Source of the DNA: Eledone cirrhosa
Taxonomy: Eukaryota
Direction: 5' to 3'
Length of the DNA: 64,000 nt
Assembly (NCBI GenBank): GCA_964016885.1
Contig: OZ024740.1
Coordinates: 369,582,001 to 369,646,000 of the forward strand
Shown: one piece after another, positions 57,395 through 64,000 of the stretch
Layout: each line of letters begins with the position of its first letter
Numbering within the stretch: position 1 is the first letter of the stretch
Position numbers and translations under genes: made by a program
Notes under the pieces: model-generated
Databases searched by the model: none
Told to the model about the DNA's origin: nothing
The model's input: only the letters and a program-made list of their open reading frames with translations

Positions 57395-58195
57395 TATTTA
57401 TTAAAATTACAAATTAAAGTTTAAGCAAAAATCGCTGCTTTAACCCTTAATAGGATCTTCTAAAACTAAAAAAATCATCTGTGAACGCAGAAGTAAATAT
57501 TTCGAAAAACGGAAGACGATACTTAGATTCGTGGAAACGTTCCCTGACAAAGAACGGAGAAAAAACGAAGATAATACGTCATTACAGTAAACCTTAGTTA
57601 CAGCATTATGTAGCAGTTGATGGTAAGTACTGCGCTCCACTTGATATAGAATGTCAGTTTTATTGGAATGGACGTGCACGGCATTAGAATCCTTAATAGA
57701 ACGAACTCTATTCTTCAAGTCCTGCTGGAAGGAATTGCTCCTATTCCGAAATTTGATACTCCGTATGATTTCTAAGACATCATTTTCGAAGGGTAGAAAT
57801 GTTGGGTTACTCGGAGCGTTATTATAGGTTTTAAACCCAAATTTATCCTGGTTGTTGTCAGCTTTTGCCTGATTATCGAAATAAAAGGCACGCCAACGCA
57901 ACCTTTTAATGAACGCCTCTATTTTCTGTATCAGGAGTTTTAGGTAAGTTGTTCCTGCTTGGTACGGGTATGTTCTTTGTAGAAATATTCAGATGTTGTT
58001 TCTCCATGATGAATATAAGTCAATAGAGTGCTCAACTGGTGGAGCCAAATAGTAATAATAATAAATTTGAAGACTAAAATCCAAAGAGGGCTCGATAAGG
58101 ATAAATATATATCAAATAAATAAGAACCGTAGAGCAAATATTTGTTAAAATAACAGATTAAATTTTAAGCAAATACTCGCTGCTTTCACCCCCAA
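57395..58195 (-). mobile_element. Family E PLE remnant: pLTR, ORF N-terminus, pLTR
   Basis: NISTKNIPVP, LRWRAFYF, FGFKT, HSNKT..YQV; HHR-like motif at 57418-57467. Confidence 0.82.
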
Positions 58196-59647
58196 TGGGT
58201 ATGCAAATACGGGCACATACGCAAAAACACGCGCACACATACAAAAACCCACGCAACGCTTGTACCCGCACACATACGAACGTATACACCAAATACACAT
58301 AAAACATATAACAAATATATATAGATGTGTGTGCGCGCGTGTGTGTGTGTGCGCGCGTATACATATAATTATATAAACGTATATAAATACACATATAAAT
58401 GCGTATATAACGCGCGCACACACACACCTACATGTAAATACACATATGTTCGCTAAACGTACGTCAACAAAAACATAAAGTACACATATACACACACCCT
58501 ACATACGTACAAACCCGTATACACACACAAACGCGAAACTCACGTATTCACATAACCATATACACATGTACCAGTATATATCATATAACATATACGCCAA
58601 TAACAAATACAAGCAAATATACGTACGAGAAAGTATACGTAACTTCACAAAACATACAGGTAATATATACTTACCTCTACCAATAAGTAATGGTATAAAC
58701 ATAAAATATACTTAGCTACTATATCAAGACGTACATTATCCACGTATTGTTCGTACTAACCGTTAGGGTATAAAGTGGGGCTGTAGTACAGGTAAGTGTT
58801 GTGCAAATTATGTTTACAAGCCGAAATTGCCTCAGATCTTTTGTTTAAGATGTGGTCATTGGCGTAGAGTATTTCCAGGTCTTCAGCGGTGCAGAAGTCA
58901 CATGGTCTTTTATTTCCGTTATACGATCTAGCTCTAGCTAGGATCTCCCAGTGTAACCTACATTGGGTGTGGTTGTCATTTAGACACCAGATATAAGCTC
59001 AAAGTGACGTAATATACCCTCTTAAAGGGTTAAAAAAGAATGAGTATGCGTGTAAAGACGCTGCTTCAATCTATTGGCGGTTAACACTATGTGGGCCCTA
59101 CGAGACGTGGGTGTCTTAACCTTACATTTGTAGACAATGTTACTAGAGAGGCATTTCGCGAATAGGGGGTACTCAACCCGATTCTGTCAATTACAGATAG
59201 TACTAGCTACAGGGTTCTACGTGTTCCTACGACTAGGTAATTTAGCTAAATTTGAAGCAGTAATGTTATGTGCAAGGTTAGGAGTCGTAGAGTAAGACAT
59301 GTTAATGGTATTTCTATTAAAAATGTTATTATATTTATGTGCTGGGGGGAAATGCTTCATAATGAGGGAGAAAAAGATCTTAGCTAATCGTGTGGCCACC
59401 TCCATATATTATGGTGGGTTATACCATATAATGCGTCGAGATCTATTTTTCCTAGGCCTATGCTAATACGCGGTATATGCTACCTTGTCGACAAATCCAC
59501 TCCGAGCAAGAGCTTCATTGTAATATGTGGAATAGTCGGTGAAAATATGCTCGTTTGTAGATAGACGGGAAAGTCTCAAAAGAAACGTTTCTTACCAGGT
59601 TCTTGGTTATGCTGGCAGGGTGGTTAGAATGCTTGCTTATGTAATTA

Positions 59648-59833
59648 ATTGTTTCTACGTTAGGCACAAGGCCAGCAATTACCCAGTGCATTACTGGTAC
59701 TTTATTTTATCGACCCCGTAAGGATGAAAGGCAAAGTTAACCTCGGCGGGATTTGAACTCAGAATGGCAAGGGCCGTAACTCTATACGTCAAAGCATGGC
59801 GTCCGACCCTCTATCAATAGTGCCAATCCACCG
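59648..59833 (-). mobile_element. SINE inserted in the PLE, with TSD gcttgcttatgtaatta
   Basis: Direct repeat on both flanks. Confidence 0.92.
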
Positions 59834-60662
59834 CTTGCTTATGTAATTAAGCGTATCACTTGGCTTTCTATACGGGTAATACAAGCCATTCGACAAATTG
59901 AGGGTAACGTCGAGGTAATTAACGACCGAGAGGCTGGCCTCAACCTGTATGGAGAGATTGAAGCCTTTAAAGAAGGCTGTGAGTTCTTTTCTGTACCTGT
60001 CGCAAGCACGTGGGCCGCACTTTGTCATTGTCAAAAGACCGTCATGACGGTACAAACCACCGCCCACGTTGGGGAATTCTTCCTTGATAAGGAAAAGAAG
60101 GAATAAGCCGATAAGATCAGTAACCTCCGCAGAATCGCTGTCACCCATACTCCGCAGAATCGCTGTCACCCATACATCGAATGGGGTACTATTAAATTTT
60201 TTAATCCAAATAGATTCGTCTAAATTAATCACCAACTTACGGGCATTGAGGATGATATCAACTTCTAAATCCTTAACCACTGTGAGCGTTTTAGCGAAAT
60301 TGATAGCTCTAAGAAGTGGTAAAGTGATATAGGAGTAGTAACTATTGATGTCAAATTGGATAAAACGGCAATGTTCCTTGTTGCACATGCCGCTGAACCA
60401 ATCAATCACCGCGAAAGAATTGTTCCAGAGTGCAAGAGGGGCCAAGCTTCTAATTTCAGGTATAATTCTATCTAAAATCCTTTTACTAAGTCTATCTATA
60501 TCGGACTTCGTAGGGTTGATAAGCCGAATAGAGGGGTTGTTCGGGAAATTAGATGTGTGATCCTTCAGGGTTAAGTGGGGAGAAATAGGTTCGAGATGTT
60601 TACTCCGGTCCATGATTTTGAGATCTGAGGTGATTTTAAACCCAGCATCGTTGATGTCATTA

Positions 60663-60853
60663 ATTGTTTCTACTTTGTGGCAGAAGGCCAGTAATTATCC
60701 CAGTCTATTACTCGTACTTTATTTTATCGACACCGTAAGGATGAAAGGCAAAGTTAACCTCGGCGGGATTTGAACTCAGTCCGTAAATGGTCGTAACTGT
60801 GCTGCAAAGCATGGCGTCCGACCCTATACCGATACTGCCAATCCAGCACCCTT
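60663..60853 (-). mobile_element. SINE (variant A) with TSD cgttgatgtcattaa
   Basis: Direct reading. Confidence 0.9.
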
Positions 60854-60901
60854 CGTTGATGTCATTAATGACACTCCGATAGGTTTTAAGGTTATTATTA
60901 C

Positions 60902-60953
<52 letters not shown>

Positions 60954-60977
60954 TATAAGCCCTTCGTTGATGTCATT

Positions 60978-61169
60978 AATTGTTTCTACATTTAGCACAA
61001 GGCCAGGAATTACCCAGTGCATCACTGGTACTTTATTTTATCGACCCCGTAAGGATGAAAGGCAAAGTTAACCATGGCGGGATTTGAAATCAGAATGGCA
61101 AGAGCCGTAACTCTATGCGTCAAAGCATGGCGTCCGACCCTCTACTGGTACTGCCAATCCACCGCCCTT
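60978..61169 (-). mobile_element. SINE (variant B) with TSD tgatgtcattaa
   Basis: Direct reading. Confidence 0.9.
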
Positions 61170-61539
61170 TGATGTCATTAATGACACTCCGATAGGTTTT
61201 ACGGTTATTATTATTTTTTTATGGCTGCAAACTCTTCTAAGAGTATTGCAATCACTTGTCAGATTACAGAAAATGGTGCACTTTTAGGCTACGGCCAGCC
61301 ACACGAACTTGTAACAGATCCTGAATAAGCAGTACATGTGCTTTGACGGCTTTTTAAGTGGGACAGACCTTGCACTCGGCCAATCCCACACTTTGAGCAT
61401 CGAAAACACTACCCGAAAAGAACTGGTCACCATCAAGAGAATCCCCCTGTCTTAGAAGATGTTGTGACTACAACTGGGTGTATTTCCATACCTGGTGAAA
61501 AAAGAAAAGAACTATTGTGATGACCGTTAGCTCTGCTGT

Positions 61540-61710
61540 CTTCCTCCGCCCTTTGCAGGGTGTTCTATTTCATCCCACGCGGTGTCCAAATATCACCCTC
61601 CTCGCGAAGCAAACTTCGTTGGGTTGCCGGTTTAGTCAGCGACGATCCGACTATGAGACAGATTGTACTGGGTTGCATGTTACCAGTAGCACCCGAGAGC
61701 AACCTGACAT
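61540..61710 (-). mobile_element. RTE-like 5' fragment related to 17715-17990
   Basis: Shared atgagacag.ttgtactggg.tgcatgttaccagtagcacc. Confidence 0.6.
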
Positions 61711-61771
61711 AATACGTATACATACATACATACACACACACAACCACACACATATATATATAAATATATAA

Positions 61772-61838
<67 letters not shown>

Positions 61839-61852
61839 AATATATATGTATG

Positions 61853-61914
<62 letters not shown>

Positions 61915-62000
61915 GTACGTTATTCCGGGTTGAATCGGAGGTAACCACAGCAAGTAAGGTACTCAATACATAGCAGAGTATAAAAGTTTTAAAATAGATG

Positions 62001-62051
62001 AGATTCTACAGGACTAGAACTGTTTCATTCTTTAGAAATCATCAGGAATCT
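62001..62051 (-). ncRNA. Type I hammerhead ribozyme (family L), intact core
   Basis: agattc-CTGATGA-t-ttc taaa gaa-t-GAAA-cag ttctagtc ctG-TA-gaatct; 6-bp stem I, 4-bp stem III. Confidence 0.85.
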
Positions 62052-62322
62052 GGGTATCCAAAAATAAAAGTGGTATATATAGGTCTTTTCAGGTGGTAGG
62101 AGAGGGTGGGGAGTGGGATTAGTAGGGGTCATTGTTTGATAGAAAAGGGAATTCATTAAAAGCTAATTCTTTAAAGCTATAATTTATATTTAGAGTGACA
62201 AAGGCAGAAAGAATTCTATAAACAAGTTCAGATTGGGGTGACATTCTTTATTTTTAAGTTTCTCTTAAGCTAAAAATGCCTATATTTCAGGTGTCTATAG
62301 GATCGTTGGGGGTCGGTCAGGG

Positions 62323-63324
62323 TTGAAGGATTTCGCCCTGCACAAGTTTAACCCCAGAACCACCGATGGGTTTCGGAGAAACTTACGCTCGTTCTTCTCT
62401 AATCTAGGATTTAGTATAACTATAGAATCTAATATGACTAGGGCTAACTTCTTAGATGTCACTCTCGACCTAGATACCTCCCTCTATTACCTGTACCACA
62501 AACCTAACGAGTCCCTCAAATATAGTAATATTAATTCTAACCACCCCAAAAACATCACTGATAACTTAGTAAAAAGCGTCTGTATTAGAATCCCTGGCCT
62601 CTCTGCCTATGAAGATATTTTTAACGCCTCTGCCTCCTACTACAATGAAGCCCTCGCCCGCAGCGCATTTAAAGAAAAGATAACCTACCTAGAAACCACC
62701 GTAAGACTGCAGAGGGGTAATAGGCATAGGCAGATTAGCTGGTACAACCCTCCCTTCAACAGAGAGGTCTCTACACCTAGAGCTAGGATTTTATTCACTT
62801 TGCTGAAATCACACTTTCCCATACAACATAGGTACTACACCATCTTTAATAAGAACACAATAAGACTCTCCTACTCCACCACACCTAACCTAGCTAGGAA
62901 TATAACCAATCACAATTCTAAAAAATTAAATAAGCCAACCATCTCCGAACCCAATCTCCGGACTGGGGTCTTGTGTAATTGCCTAAATAAGGAAGCCTGC
63001 CCACTTGAAAACAAATGCCTGACAAATGATATCGTATACAAATGCGATGTCATCTCAGGCACCGATGATTGCAACAACAAAAATACTTACATCGGCATGA
63101 CTTCCAAAAACTGTAAGACCTGTTGGTATGCCCATACCAACTCCTTCAGAAGACCGGACAAATCAAACAAGACAGCACTCGCCTCCTATGTTTGGGACCT
63201 CAAAAGGAACTCCACCCCTTCACGCTTAAATGGAAAATACTCCAGAGAGCCCGCTCTTACAAGGGCAGCTAACTTTGTATCTCAGAGAGCTACGAAATGT
63301 TATTCGCCAAGGGTCCGCTACTGA
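62323..63324 (+). pseudogene. PLE RT thumb plus GIY-YIG endonuclease fragment
   Basis: ORF track; frameshifted near the C-terminus. Confidence 0.85.
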
Positions 63325-63731
63325 ACAAACGCTCTGAACACTGCCCGAACTGCATGCACAAGAACTTTGCAACTTTCAAATACCTTAGATCAGTGTTAAT
63401 TCCCGATGTCTAAAAACGACTTCCACCTTTTAGCCCAACTACCTCCTTCCCACCACACCCCACCCTCCTCAAACTGAAATACGGCCACTATGGTTATGTG
63501 AGTACCTCTTACCTATCTGCATATTCTGGTTGTAGGGCTGTTTTTATAATGCCTGTGTATATGCGTATATTTATAAATACTTTCTGTATGTATTTGTATG
63601 AGTGTCCGTTTGTTTGTATGCATGTCGCTGTGTGTAGGTGCGATGACTTATCCTCTGTGTGTATATATTTATATTTATTTGTATGTATATATGGTTTTGT
63701 GTATGTGTGTGTGTATATATGTCTGTGTGTG

Positions 63732-63812
<81 letters not shown>

Positions 63813-63894
63813 GTATATGTATATGTATGTATGTGTATATATATATATATGTGTATATATATATATATATGTATCCACATATATATATACACAC

Positions 63895-63951
<57 letters not shown>

Positions 63952-64000
63952 CATATATACACACATATACATACACATACATACACACATATACATACAT

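Larger units (their letters stand above)
58760..61215 (-). mobile_element. Penelope-like element (tentatively Naiad-type) RT plus GIY-YIG, interrupted by SINEs
   Basis: TLKDH, RLINPTKSDI, FIQFDINSYY, MGDSDSAEV, GLYRHDGL, NYLDVTL, WYNPPY, CDFC..E..LNKRSE..CKH. Confidence 0.88.
61916..63510 (+). mobile_element. Penelope-like element (tentatively Naiad-type), 5'-truncated, with an inverted 5' pLTR
   Basis: ORF 62323-63324: NFLDVTLDL, SNHP, WYNPPF, CNC.....CPL..KC, IVY..YIGMT GIY-YIG. Confidence 0.9.

Overview
AT-rich eukaryotic DNA with no host exon I can support. The SINE family and (TA)n/(CATA)n density look like an octopod cephalopod genome (inference). The window is almost entirely decayed mobile elements. 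These include Tx1/L1-clade LINEs (a near full-length copy at ~4.37-8.89 kb), R4/Dong-clade RLE LINEs (a near full-length copy at ~8.9-12.38 kb), ~19 copies of a tRNA-derived Meta-core-like SINE, two Helitron derivatives and several Penelope-like elements (PLEs). The most striking unannotated signal lies between 29 and 63 kb. Reading by eye I find about 24 type I hammerhead ribozyme (HHR) or HHR-like motifs from about 12 sequence families. Many sit in short non-coding tandem or fold-back cassettes inside (TA)n microsatellites. They include a retrozyme-like tandem with two same-strand HHRs 405 nt apart, families with a U.U pair closing stem II, and two PLE families whose core reads CAGA instead of CUGA. 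All folds are manual and no activity is demonstrated.
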